Of a DNA stretch of 64,000 nucleotides, positions 1 through 9,607 are shown in pieces. The notes under the pieces are model-generated. The model had not been told where the DNA came from, ran no database searches, and worked only from the letters and a program-made list of their open reading frames with translations. Within the stretch, counting starts at the first letter, position 1. Each line of letters opens with the position of its first letter. This DNA is from a virus. The translations under genes were made by a program, and so were the position numbers. Where the stretch lies: positions 10,314 to 74,313 of IMG/VR virus record IMGVR_UViG_3300006226_001721. One strand, written 5' to 3'.

Positions 1-445
1 CATTATCTCCTTGTATATAGTTGCTTTTATGACATAAGTCATCTACACGCTTCATCCATTCGCAGCTGCGTCTAGCTTTCCATTTGACTTGGAATGACAC
101 AGGCAATGGACTACCCTTGAACATACTAATAGATTCTTGTATGTATCTAACATGCGGGTTATGTGTTGCATTAGCGCAACGATTTTCTATCTTGTCTATG
201 AAAGACCGGCTATCACTGTACATCACATAGTTGTCAGGCTTATTGCTGATATAGTCTTTTATGACTTGATACATAGCCTCACTTTCAGCTGTTTCGACAT
301 CAGCCGAATGGTTACCAGATGCATATAATGAGCCGCTTTTGCTTCCTATTACGTCACCATTTCGTTCTACAATGTAAGCCCATGTCACTAAGTTATGGTC
401 AGCATAGACTCCGCCATCTACATAAACATTAATGTTCTGTTTCAT
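1..445 (-). CDS. rnhA: RNase H (RNase HI-like), runs off the left edge of the window
   Basis: Translated by hand (absent from ORF track): MKQNINVYVDGG...TAESEAM...MYSDSRSF...KWKAR...RVDDLC, matching the D-E-D-D RNase H carboxylate pattern. Confidence 0.75.
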   Translation of the reverse strand, partial: MKQNINVYVDGGVYADHNLVTWAYIVERNGDVIGSKSGSLYASGNHSADVETAESEAMYQVIKDYISNKPDNYVMYSDSRSFIDKIENRCANATHNPHVRYIQESISMFKGSPLPVSFQVKWKARRSCEWMKRVDDLCHKSNYIQGDN

Positions 446-450
446 ATTCT

Positions 451-2265
451 TTACCCATGCAATAGTGCTGGCTCTGAAGGTTGTTCTTCTATTAGCCGCT
501 TTTTCTTTTCTTCTAGTTCACTTAACTTTTCTTTGTAACTTTCAACAGCTTCATCTTTGCATTTAGGACAAACACCTTGAGTATTCCCTTTGATGAATCC
601 GTGCACTTGACAATGGCTAAAAGTTGGCGTTATAGTCAAATAGGGCAATTTCGTATTGTACATTACTTTCTTGATGAAGTCTTTGATCTTTTGCCAATCG
701 TCTAACCCTTCACCGAGATATGTATGAAATGTTGTTCCACCTGTGTACAAATTCTGTATCTCTTGTTGATGCATGATAGCATCCCAAGGGTTATCAGTAA
801 AGTCTACAGGCAAGTTACTACTATTAGTATAGTACGGACTCTGCATCGTACCTGCAGTCAAAATGTCTGGGTACTTAAGTTTGTCATGTTTAGCTAATCT
901 AAATGAAGTTGACTCAGCTGGTGTGGACTCTAAGTTATAGAGATGGCCAGTCTGCTCTTGAAAGTCGCTGCACTTAGTACGCATAAACTTAAGAATCTCA
1001 ATAGTAAGCGCTTTGCCTTCCTTTGTTGATATGTTCCAATCCTTCTTCTTAGTATTGCGGAAAAAGTTCCGACACAGTTCATTCATGCCAACGAGACCAA
1101 TCGTGCTAAAGTGATTTTCGTATTTGGCTTTTAGATAGCGCTTTGTGTATGGGTAGAGCCCTTTGTCAAACCAATCATTAAGTTTTGCTCTTTTGAGTTC
1201 TAATGACTTCTTAGCTATGTTCATTACAACACCGAGCCGTTCAAAAAGTTCCTCTTTAGTATGCGAAAGATATCCAATCTTTGGTAGGTTGATGGTGACA
1301 ACTCCAATCGATCCAGTATTGTCACCACTACCAAATAGCGAGCCGTTCTTACGAGAAAGTTCACGCAAGTCGAGACGCAACCTGCAGCACATTGATCGAG
1401 CATCTTCTGGCTTCATATCAGTGTTCACAAAGTTGCTGAAATAGAAGCTACCAAACTTACCAGTTAGACGATAGATGCGCTCTTCTATCTCTGGGTCTAA
1501 TGTCTCAAAGAATTCCTTAGTACAGTTCAGTGTAGGAATAGGGTACTGAAAGATATTCCCAGTAAAGTCGCCAGCTTCAAAGACGTCAAAAAATGCCTTG
1601 TTGAACATATTCATTTCGTTTTGAAGATCTCCATATGTATAGCATTGCTTTCTTCCACCAATAATCGGGTTCTTAGTCTTTAAGTCTTCAGGCACTACAA
1701 GATCTAATGTCACATTGCTAAAAGGTGCTTGACTTCCCCAACGAGATGGCGTGTTGATACTAAAGCAAAAGAACTGTAAGCACTGTTTGATCTCATCGTA
1801 TGTCATATTGTCTTTACGAATGAAAGGCGCCAAATAAGTATCGAATCCGTTGAGAGCTTGAGCACCATTCCATTCATTTTGTAGTATGCCAAGAAAGTTG
1901 ACTATTTGTTGAACTGCTGTGTTAAGATGTTTGGCTGGACCAGAGTTGACTTTTCCCTTAACTCCTCCCAGACCTTCTTCTAAGATAGTAGCGATTGACC
2001 ACCCAGCACAATAGGCTGCTACTAATTGTAAGTCGTGAATGTGAAAGTCACAACTTTGATGTGCGTTTTTGATATCAGTTGAGTAAACCCGATTAAGCCA
2101 ATATTGGGCTGAAACTGAACCAGCTTGATGTAGTATTAAACTACCAATTGAATAAGAACTTGTTGAGTTCTCCTTGACTCTCCATGTTTGTTGATCTATA
2201 TAGGAATCTGTCAATGCGACAGGATCAATCGTAACAGGAGCAAAATTTTCGCCGTTATCTGCCAT
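451..2265 (-). CDS. nrdD: Anaerobic (class III) ribonucleoside-triphosphate reductase, lacking the C-terminal glycyl-radical loop
   Basis: MCCRLRLD, GSIGVVTINLP, TPAES, YYTNS and HCQVH...CPKC motifs; no RxxGY after the zinc site. Confidence 0.92.
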   Translation of the reverse strand: MADNGENFAPVTIDPVALTDSYIDQQTWRVKENSTSSYSIGSLILHQAGSVSAQYWLNRVYSTDIKNAHQSCDFHIHDLQLVAAYCAGWSIATILEEGLGGVKGKVNSGPAKHLNTAVQQIVNFLGILQNEWNGAQALNGFDTYLAPFIRKDNMTYDEIKQCLQFFCFSINTPSRWGSQAPFSNVTLDLVVPEDLKTKNPIIGGRKQCYTYGDLQNEMNMFNKAFFDVFEAGDFTGNIFQYPIPTLNCTKEFFETLDPEIEERIYRLTGKFGSFYFSNFVNTDMKPEDARSMCCRLRLDLRELSRKNGSLFGSGDNTGSIGVVTINLPKIGYLSHTKEELFERLGVVMNIAKKSLELKRAKLNDWFDKGLYPYTKRYLKAKYENHFSTIGLVGMNELCRNFFRNTKKKDWNISTKEGKALTIEILKFMRTKCSDFQEQTGHLYNLESTPAESTSFRLAKHDKLKYPDILTAGTMQSPYYTNSSNLPVDFTDNPWDAIMHQQEIQNLYTGGTTFHTYLGEGLDDWQKIKDFIKKVMYNTKLPYLTITPTFSHCQVHGFIKGNTQGVCPKCKDEAVESYKEKLSELEEKKKRLIEEQPSEPALLHG

Positions 2266-2302
2266 AAATCCTTCTAATTATAGTTAGTACTAGGTTCAGC
2301 TT

Positions 2303-3475
2303 TTAGAACCTATCATGCTGTCTAGAGACACGAATGAAAGAGCCGCACTTACCCATGTTCTTTAGTTCGGCAGCGCCAATATATGTACAGGCTGATCTTA
2401 AGCCTCCCAGAATATTGCGCACTTGTATCTCTACTTTTCCTTTGTAAGGTACTTCTTCAATTAGTCCTTCACTTGCTCTGTAATCTTTAATCCCGCCAAA
2501 ATGTTCAGCTTGACTTAGATCAGATGACATTCCATACCACTTTTTGTACTTCTTTTCTACTATGTTTGGTTCAAATTCAGTTGGTACAGCAACAAAAGAA
2601 TTGCCTGGTATAGATTTCTCATCGTTAAATGGTTCTTTAGTGAACTTGCTCACTTTATATGTTCCATCATGTTCATATTGAGTTATGATATCTCCATCAC
2701 ACTCATCAGTACCAGCAAACATCCCGCCTAACATAACAAAATCGGCATTAGCACAAAAGGCCTTAGCGATATCACCAGGTACTCTCATTCCACCGTCAAG
2801 ACAAACAAGAGCATTTAGTCCATGTGCTACATCTGCGTTTTCTATCGCTGCGCTTATTTGTGGATAACCCACACCTGTCATCTTACGAGTTGTACAAACG
2901 CTTCCAGGTCCAATTCCAATTTTGACAATATCTGCTCCAGCTAAAATGAGCTCTTGCGTCATTTCAGGTGTACAAACATTGCCAACCATTATGATTCTGT
3001 TCTCATAGCGACTTCTTATAGTACGAATGTAATCTGCAAATTTCTGAGAGTAGCCATTAGCAATATCTACACATATCATAAGGCTGTCTTCTAATTGGGG
3101 TCCTTTAAGTGGACTTATTCTACTTAGATGATTATTGAACTCATGCAACTTCTGTTCTTCATCACTACACATTCCTATAGTATAGAAGCAGTACTTAAGA
3201 TAGATATTCTTCAAGTCTTCTTTAGATATGTTGAGCCAGTCTTCATTGTGATGTTTGGCTATCGCTGTGAACATATTGTGCTTAGCTAATGCAGTTGCCA
3301 TTCTAAAGTTCCCAGTCGACATATTAGCCGCTATGATTGGAACACCCGTTATCTCTCTTCCATGTCTTGTCTTAAATGTTCGTTCTAATACTACGTTTCT
3401 TCTAGATGCTAAAGTACTACGTTTGGGTTTGATTAGCACGTCTGTGAAATCTAATTTCTGATCTTCTATATGCAC
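2303..3475 (-). CDS. guaC: GMP reductase
   Basis: [45 protein letters not shown]; no CBS domain. Confidence 0.9.
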   Translation of the reverse strand: MHIEDQKLDFTDVLIKPKRSTLASRRNVVLERTFKTRHGREITGVPIIAANMSTGNFRMATALAKHNMFTAIAKHHNEDWLNISKEDLKNIYLKYCFYTIGMCSDEEQKLHEFNNHLSRISPLKGPQLEDSLMICVDIANGYSQKFADYIRTIRSRYENRIIMVGNVCTPEMTQELILAGADIVKIGIGPGSVCTTRKMTGVGYPQISAAIENADVAHGLNALVCLDGGMRVPGDIAKAFCANADFVMLGGMFAGTDECDGDIITQYEHDGTYKVSKFTKEPFNDEKSIPGNSFVAVPTEFEPNIVEKKYKKWYGMSSDLSQAEHFGGIKDYRASEGLIEEVPYKGKVEIQVRNILGGLRSACTYIGAAELKNMGKCGSFIRVSRQHDRF

Positions 3476-3730
3476 TTACTTCCTCCATTTTGCTAATTCT
3501 TCATCACTAAAAAGATGATTGACTGCTCTTCTTCTTTTCAGTTCGTCCTCTTCTTCTTTCTTTTGCTGTTGTCTTCTAGCTTCTAATTCTTCGTAAATCT
3601 GAGCTCCGTGTTTCTTCATTAAGTCAAATGCTAATTGTTTTGTCTCATCTGATATTCCATCATCGTGTGTTTTGATAGCCTCTTTGAACTTACGATGAAG
3701 CTCGTCTAAATGAGTGTTCTCGTCTGTCAT
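3476..3730 (-). CDS. Hypothetical protein
   Basis: ORF coupled to both neighbours. Confidence 0.6.
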   Translation of the reverse strand: MTDENTHLDELHRKFKEAIKTHDDGISDETKQLAFDLMKKHGAQIYEELEARRQQQKKEEEDELKRRRAVNHLFSDEELAKWRK

Positions 3731-4092
3731 GAGTCGATAATGTTGTCAATGACTTTATTAACGAAATTTTCTTGAAAGAATTGTACCAAGCCAGTATCAT
3801 TTCCTAGGCGGATGTTCTTAATCACGTCTTGAAAACTTTGGTCTAATAAGATGAACTTATCTATATCTGAATTCTCGTCATTAAAGCGCAACATTATCTT
3901 GCCTAGATACGGCAACTTAATTTCGTTCAAGTTCTTATCTTTCTGTTCTAATAACGATAGATAGATGTTAAAGAATGTGTATTGCCAAACTTGTTTGATT
4001 ATGTCTTGCTTTAATCCGCACAAGGCAGATATTTTAGTAATGAGTTCTTTTTGTTCTGTGTCTTGCACAAATAGCTTTTCTATTGATTTCAT
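3727..4092 (-). CDS. Hypothetical protein, possibly HU/IHF-like
   Basis: KELITKISALCGL...IKLPYLGKI weakly resembles the HU pattern; GTTAATATA motif upstream. Confidence 0.3.
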   Translation of the reverse strand: MKSIEKLFVQDTEQKELITKISALCGLKQDIIKQVWQYTFFNIYLSLLEQKDKNLNEIKLPYLGKIMLRFNDENSDIDKFILLDQSFQDVIKNIRLGNDTGLVQFFQENFVNKVIDNIIDS

Positions 4093-4108
4093 ATTTGTAT
4101 ATTAACAT

Positions 4109-4131
4109 AAAAAAGCTCCCTTTCGGGAGCT
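4109..4131 (-). terminator. Intrinsic terminator
   Basis: AGCTCCC-GAAA-GGGAGCT hairpin followed by a U-tract on the minus strand. Confidence 0.8.
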
Positions 4132-4151
4132 AAGGTAAGGGGATCTAAATG

Positions 4152-4556
4152 TTAAGGAGTTAAATGTGCGTCTTGTAACGTAAATCTACTCAAAGACACT
4201 CCATTAGTTAAAGTACCTTTTCGTCTGTATAAAGATATCATATACCTATCAGGATAGAGCCTCCAAAACATAATTATGTCAGGAGTTACATATCCGATAT
4301 ACGAATGATAGCCTCTATTAATGTCGAACCTGAGCTCAAAGAACTTTTCGTCAAACTCTTCAAAATCTCTAAGTTCCCTCCACTCTGCCATATTAGTGGC
4401 TTGATCCCAATGCTCAAATGTTTCATAGTTAGCTTGTTGCTGACCATGAAGACACAAACTCATTGTCTGACCGTAGATTTTAGCTGGGCCAAACAAGAAT
4501 AGTAAAACTATTACGAATAGTAGTACTATCAAAATCGCTTGTCTTGTATTTAGCAT
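4152..4556 (-). CDS. Exported or membrane-anchored hypothetical protein (start moved to 4556)
   Basis: GGAGA SD before MLNTRQAILIVLLFVIVLLFLFG hydrophobic segment. Confidence 0.6.
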   Translation of the reverse strand: MLNTRQAILIVLLFVIVLLFLFGPAKIYGQTMSLCLHGQQQANYETFEHWDQATNMAEWRELRDFEEFDEKFFELRFDINRGYHSYIGYVTPDIIMFWRLYPDRYMISLYRRKGTLTNGVSLSRFTLQDAHLTP

Positions 4557-4578
4557 TCTATCTCCTAAAAAAGAATAC

Positions 4579-4814
4579 TCTAGGTGGGGTTGTGACGCTC
4601 TCGCCCTCCAGTGCCGCCTATCATCCGTCGATGATTCTTTCACCTTGCTTCGAGCCCTGGGGAAATGCAGCCGATCATTGAGTTTCACCGAATTATAAGT
4701 TCGGGAGGGACTTCATCTAAACAACATTATCCAGTCCGCTTCGGCCATTAAGCTGCGCACCGGTGATCAAATCCAGTGATTCTTAACAACCAGCCTCTAC
4801 CGGCCAGACCTAGA
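4579..4814 (-). ncRNA. Unassigned structured RNA (~236 nt)
   Basis: Terminal helix TCTAGGT/ACCTAGA, internal helices CACTGG/CCGGTG, GCAGC/GCTGC, GGACT/AGTCC, ATCATC/GATGAT; GC-richer than flanks. Confidence 0.45.
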
Positions 4815-4887
4815 AAACGTATGTGAGAATTGCACTCACCATCTCCGGCGCCGTTCCTCCAGCGCCGGCCAATGACTAATATACATT
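4815..4887 (-). ncRNA. tRNA-like element with no D stem
   Basis: Acceptor AATGTAT/ATACGTT, T arm GTGAG-TGCAATT-CTCAC, extended anticodon stem CCGGCGC/GCGCCGG. Confidence 0.45.
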
Positions 4888-5055
4888 AAGCAACTCTTCT
4901 AATGCAAATTCAACATCAGCAATCTCGTCAAACATCATGTTGATATCTGCCTGCTCCAAACGATCTTTTACCAATTTGATAAAAGCCAACTTTTCTTCTT
5001 TCGATAACTTATCCATAACGTCCTCCATACCACTGGGAACGAAAATGTTCAAAAT

Positions 5056-5152
5056 ATGAGTGAGCGCAGTAGTACTTTCTCACCGGGGCTCTAACTTTCA
5101 GTCTCGTTAGATTATCGGACCATAGTCCTGGCAGTGCCCGTTCCTCACTCAT
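5056..5152 (-). ncRNA. Unassigned multi-branched structured RNA
   Basis: 9-bp closing helix ATGAGTGAG/CTCACTCAT, GGGC/GCCC, GGAC/GTCC, TCTAAC/GTTAGA. Confidence 0.4.
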
Positions 5153-5168
5153 GAAGAAAGTTTCCGTT

Positions 5169-5250
5169 TCACACAGGCGAGATTTGCACTCGCAAACTCT
5201 GGGACGTTATCCCCAAAGCACAGTTTGCTTTTCTTATTGCATACTGCGTG
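5169..5250 (-). ncRNA. tRNA-like element with an aberrant anticodon arm
   Basis: Acceptor CACGCAG/CTGTGTG, T arm GCGAG-TGCAAAT-CTCGC; no clean 7-nt anticodon loop. Confidence 0.5.
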
Positions 5251-5435
5251 ATATTATTTCCAAAAGTATGTATTACCGTATTGTTCAATCAAACTATTAA
5301 GCTTGATTTTGTCTTTTGTAGGGAACCACATAGTATTTCCATACTTCTGCAATTTTCCATTCAGCCATTTTAAGGCTGCTGCTTTACTGATTATCCTCTT
5401 ATATGCAGCTGGTTTTCTCATTATTATCTCCCTTA

Positions 5436-5472
5436 CATATATTATATAAGATTAACTTCTCAGTCGTTCAAA
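5436..5472 (-). promoter_or_regulatory. Sigma70-like early promoter, copy 1
   Basis: TTTGAACGA-N11-ATCTTATATRATATATG with identical spacing at 38018-38054 and 56518-56554. Confidence 0.7.
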
Positions 5473-5487
5473 TATCTCCTAATTATT

Positions 5488-6381
5488 ATGAAATTCTTTT
5501 ATGGAAATAATTGTGAAAAAAGACCTAATAGTTATGTTGCTTGTAGGTTAACTAAAAAATGTCCACATGACTGTGTATATTGCATATCCGATGAATATAC
5601 AACTGATAATGTATTAGACAAACCTAATATTGATAAGATGGTGGAAAGTATAGTTATTACTTCCCCAGATGTTGTTATAGAAGGCGGAGAGCCGCTTCTA
5701 ATGATGGATGAATGTTTAGAATTAGTTCAGAAATTAAGACCTAAAGTTGATAAAATACATATTTATAGTAGTATGCCGCCAATATGTAGCACTAAAAAAG
5801 ATGTACTTAAACAAATACTTAATATAGTAGATGGAATAAATTTCAGTATGCAACATTATGACCCTATTATAGCTGACAAATTACGAAATACTGTAACCCC
5901 AGATTATCATAATAGAAATGAATTGTTAAAAGAATTGGTAGATGAATTTGGCAATAAGATAAGAGTATCATTTAATCTTATATTAGGATCATTAGATACT
6001 TTTGAGCATCTGTATAATAATATAATGTTTTTCATAAATATAGGAATTACTAATTTAAGAATTAGTGAGCTGTTATTAATGCCCCCTTTGTATGTTCCAA
6101 TAACTTCCATTATTAAAAATAAAAAATTATTTAAAAGTCCTTACGCATTTGGGTGTAAATTAGATTATGATGCCCATCAGCTTATAGATGAAATTCCTAT
6201 TGGAAAATGTAAAATAACTATTAGACGAGCATGCTTTTTAGTTGAACCAAGTGAAAAAGCCACTATTTATGATTTGATTAAGATGTTCAAATTATCTAAA
6301 AAGAAATCTGATGATTTTAACTTTAAGATCGTATTAGAAGATGGGACTATTCATAATAATTGGAACTCAGAACTTACATAA
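5488..6381 (+). CDS. Radical SAM protein
   Basis: CPHDCVYC (CxxxCxxC) and EGGEPLL motifs. Confidence 0.85.
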   Translation: MKFFYGNNCEKRPNSYVACRLTKKCPHDCVYCISDEYTTDNVLDKPNIDKMVESIVITSPDVVIEGGEPLLMMDECLELVQKLRPKVDKIHIYSSMPPICSTKKDVLKQILNIVDGINFSMQHYDPIIADKLRNTVTPDYHNRNELLKELVDEFGNKIRVSFNLILGSLDTFEHLYNNIMFFINIGITNLRISELLLMPPLYVPITSIIKNKKLFKSPYAFGCKLDYDAHQLIDEIPIGKCKITIRRACFLVEPSEKATIYDLIKMFKLSKKKSDDFNFKIVLEDGTIHNNWNSELT

Positions 6382-6393
6382 GTACTAATTTAT

Positions 6394-7053
6394 ATGAGCA
6401 TAATAACAAATTTTGCAAAAATATATGCCGCTAATAAATTAACAGAAAGTTGTTTTGGGGGAGGTGGAGGATGTCACACTAATCGTCCAGAAAGCTGGGA
6501 ACAATATGAAGCTAGAATAAAAGCAGAAAAAGATGCTAGAAAAGCTGAATTAAAAGATTTAAGATCACAATATCCAGGACATTCTGGTACATTAGCTGAA
6601 TTTAGAATAAAAGCAGAAGAAGATATAGAAGAGTGTGAATCTATAAAAGCCGGGAAAGCTCATCCACATTATAGGTCTATGGGATATGTAGTAGATTATT
6701 ATGAAAGAGTCATCAAAATGTTGAACTTAAAACTTAAAAAGTTTAACGATAAAGGTGGCTTATTATTTGAATCTTCGTTGTATACTTTATTTGCTACTAT
6801 TTATAGCAAATCTAGACTTTTAGAAGGTTGTGGTGGTGGCGGGGGCAGTTGTAGTAGTCGTACATCTTTACCAAAACTTACAAAAGCAGAAAGAGAAGCT
6901 GAAAAAGAAAGACACGCTAGAATAAATGCTGAAAGAGAAGCTGAACAAATGGCTTCTTACAAAAGAAATCTTAAAAAAATTCCTCAACTTAAAAAACAGA
7001 TAAAATACCTTTGTGATACATTAAATATTGATGCTAATCTTTATTTACTTTAG
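6394..7053 (+). CDS. Two-repeat hypothetical protein, probable capsid-internal polyprotein
   Basis: Repeated FAxIY...LxE followed by SCFGGGGGC and GCGGGGGSC, each followed by a charged helical segment. Confidence 0.5.
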   Translation: MSIITNFAKIYAANKLTESCFGGGGGCHTNRPESWEQYEARIKAEKDARKAELKDLRSQYPGHSGTLAEFRIKAEEDIEECESIKAGKAHPHYRSMGYVVDYYERVIKMLNLKLKKFNDKGGLLFESSLYTLFATIYSKSRLLEGCGGGGGSCSSRTSLPKLTKAEREAEKERHARINAEREAEQMASYKRNLKKIPQLKKQIKYLCDTLNIDANLYLL

Positions 7054-7164
7054 TCCGTTTACTCTGAAATTCTGAAAAGGCTAAATTTACCTTTAAAAAG
7101 ATAAGAAAATCTTAGTAAACAGTTGATTACTATAAGAAGTAGTTAACTCTATTAACTAAATAAT

Positions 7165-8151
7165 ATGAGATTAGAAAAAGATGCATTGTTGAAAAGTAAG
7201 AAACAGTTACCCTTTTATGATGGGCCAAATTCTGTCAAACCAGGCTCTCGTGGAAGAACTATCGACTACGAATTTGAAGGACAAGACTTATCTGCATTTG
7301 TACAATGGGATAAGCTACATCTTCGCAAATATTCACCAATGATAAGTCCAAGTGATGGTCATGTTCTAACTGACCAAGAGATAGATCTACTCATTCGTTC
7401 TGTTACTCAAGGCTTCAGAGAAGACGCATTCGAATCTACTGAGCAATTCATTCATTATCTTTCTTATCGTCAGTTGCTTCCGGAAAAGACATATTCAGCT
7501 TGGGAGGCTGATATTTCAGTTTGTCGGTTCTTTACTAATAAAGTTGGAGAAAAAGAAGAGAACATACTATCAGACATTCGTCGTATCAATGAAGAACAAG
7601 GAATGGGCAATGTCAAAATTCCTGACACAAACATAGAGATCATTAACTATAGTCCTTGTCCAAAATGCAAAACTATTCATTCGTTCTCAGATGTGTTCAA
7701 CTATTATATGAACCCAACACCAGACCCTCGTTTCAAATCTAAGCAAGAACAATACGCTTTAGACACGCGAGTTCAATGCAAAGAATGCAATGACTATTTC
7801 TTACCAGCATTGATAGTAACAGACGGCTCACCTAAGAATGAATGTCAACTTATTTGTCGCTCTCAGACAATGAGAGAGGTAGTAGTGTTCATGCAAGAAT
7901 CCTATAGCTTACGAGTATTGACAATGAAGAAAGAGAACATATTGACTCACCCAGAAGATCCAAACAAACGAGCTTGGAGAAATGATGTTGATGCTAGACT
8001 ACTCAAGACAAGACAGACTCTCTTTACTAATTTCTTACAGTACACTCCAGCACCTAATATTTTGAACTTCATAACGCGAAAGAACTTGACACTTCAAGAA
8101 CCTATGTATGGTGCTTGGATGCCAAAAGAGCACGTTAAATATTACGAATAA
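7165..8151 (+). CDS. Hypothetical protein with two CxxC zinc knuckles
   Basis: CPKC and CKEC; ACTAAATA motif 2 nt before ATG. Confidence 0.6.
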   Translation: MRLEKDALLKSKKQLPFYDGPNSVKPGSRGRTIDYEFEGQDLSAFVQWDKLHLRKYSPMISPSDGHVLTDQEIDLLIRSVTQGFREDAFESTEQFIHYLSYRQLLPEKTYSAWEADISVCRFFTNKVGEKEENILSDIRRINEEQGMGNVKIPDTNIEIINYSPCPKCKTIHSFSDVFNYYMNPTPDPRFKSKQEQYALDTRVQCKECNDYFLPALIVTDGSPKNECQLICRSQTMREVVVFMQESYSLRVLTMKKENILTHPEDPNKRAWRNDVDARLLKTRQTLFTNFLQYTPAPNILNFITRKNLTLQEPMYGAWMPKEHVKYYE

Positions 8152-8390
8152 TTTTCACTTAAGTCTTTAAGAACAGCCCCAATTTTCTTCTTATCATAAA
8201 GATCGACTGGGCCAGTGTTGATTCCCAGTTCAGCCATCTTAGCTTCAAAAGCTGGACGAGCACTTTGATGCATAAAGCCTGGTCCTTGCTCTCTTAATGT
8301 TTGTATTTCGTAATCTAATGGGGCATAAGCTATTGCATTTAGCTCAGCTATTTCTTCTTCTGTGAATGGACAGTCTGGATCAAATCTCAT
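8142..8390 (-). CDS. Hypothetical protein
   Basis: ORF with ACTAAATA motif 2 nt before ATG. Confidence 0.55.
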   Translation of the reverse strand: MRFDPDCPFTEEEIAELNAIAYAPLDYEIQTLREQGPGFMHQSARPAFEAKMAELGINTGPVDLYDKKKIGAVLKDLSENYS

Positions 8391-8411
8391 ATTATTTAGT
8401 AACTATATATT

Positions 8412-9065
8412 ATGAGCAAGAATATCTATAGAGCATTGAAGGGCACCTGTCCATATGTCCTACTTTTCGGAGTAGTTGTTGGTATTTCTTTGCTGTTGCA
8501 ATGTTTCATTCCATTCTTACAAAAGATGGCCGAACTTCGAAATGGAGAATGGCAATGGTTCTTGAACATATTCAACTCACAGTTCGTATTACCAATGGAT
8601 GTCATATCTCAGTTTTGGGCTGCGATATCAGCCACATATGTTGGATTAGACAGAGCCGCTTACACATTTGATGCATTTAAGAATGGCTCAGAGACAGTTG
8701 CCTTTGATGAGACTAGGATGGTACAACTTACTCAAGTCATCTGGTTATCATTCATCATATATGCTATGTCAGTTGGTCTTAATGCATTCTTTAATGCTGA
8801 ATTAGCGCTAACTCCATTGTTTGTATCGTTTGGTTCATCTATGCTTTGTTACGTTGCCGGCAATAAGGCAGTTGTAGCATTGCAACGACTTTCTAAATAC
8901 GACGATGACGACGATGAAGATTCAGATGGTGAAGGTGAATTCTTAGAGGGCTTAACTGAAATTCAAATGAAGACAATGGAACGACTATCTAATCTACTTC
9001 GTCAAAATAAGCAGTTCATAGTTAAGATTGACAAAGAGTCTAAGATAATTGGAATGTCGCACTAA
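8412..9065 (+). CDS. Multi-pass membrane protein
   Basis: About four hydrophobic segments followed by an acidic tract. Confidence 0.65.
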   Translation: MSKNIYRALKGTCPYVLLFGVVVGISLLLQCFIPFLQKMAELRNGEWQWFLNIFNSQFVLPMDVISQFWAAISATYVGLDRAAYTFDAFKNGSETVAFDETRMVQLTQVIWLSFIIYAMSVGLNAFFNAELALTPLFVSFGSSMLCYVAGNKAVVALQRLSKYDDDDDEDSDGEGEFLEGLTEIQMKTMERLSNLLRQNKQFIVKIDKESKIIGMSH

Positions 9066-9607
9066 AGAATCGGCTTCTTCTTTTTGCTTCCAATATTACG
9101 CACTACATTTATGAATTGTTGAAATGTCTTCTTCGGCTGTTCATAAGAAATAGCATCAATAATAGTATCATTGTACTCTTTGCTACTTTTCTTAAAGTTA
9201 TCATTTATAGTCTCTTTAACCAATGACTTTCTACTCTCAGCCATCAACTCATGAGGTCTAATATTGTCCATGTCAACAGCTTCGCGAACTTCTCTAAAGT
9301 CATTCTTAACTCTGTCATAATAGAAGATCCCGCCATAGACACGAAGTGACTCTCTGATGCGGAAAAGAGTGTACTGTCTATCTTTCTCTAACGTTTCATT
9401 TAGAATGTCAGTCATTATCTTCTCAAACTTATCACGTTTGAGATACATCTTGATACTACCATCATCTAAGACAACCCTAACATTATCACGCAATGGATTG
9501 ACTATCCATACTATAAAGATGAACTGGTCAAAATACTCTTTAGTTTCTAATATGCGCTTGGGTTCTAATAGACCTTCTGGGTTGACTTGTTGATTACTGT
9601 CTGACAT
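9062..9607 (-). CDS. Hypothetical protein
   Basis: ORF downstream of the methyltransferase with GGAGG SD. Confidence 0.6.
   Translation of the reverse strand: MSDSNQQVNPEGLLEPKRILETKEYFDQFIFIVWIVNPLRDNVRVVLDDGSIKMYLKRDKFEKIMTDILNETLEKDRQYTLFRIRESLRVYGGIFYYDRVKNDFREVREAVDMDNIRPHELMAESRKSLVKETINDNFKKSSKEYNDTIIDAISYEQPKKTFQQFINVVRNIGSKKKKPIL

Noticed and set aside
2303-3475. IMP dehydrogenase
   Set aside because: The N-terminus, IAANM and ASEG motifs and the lack of CBS domains match GMP reductase
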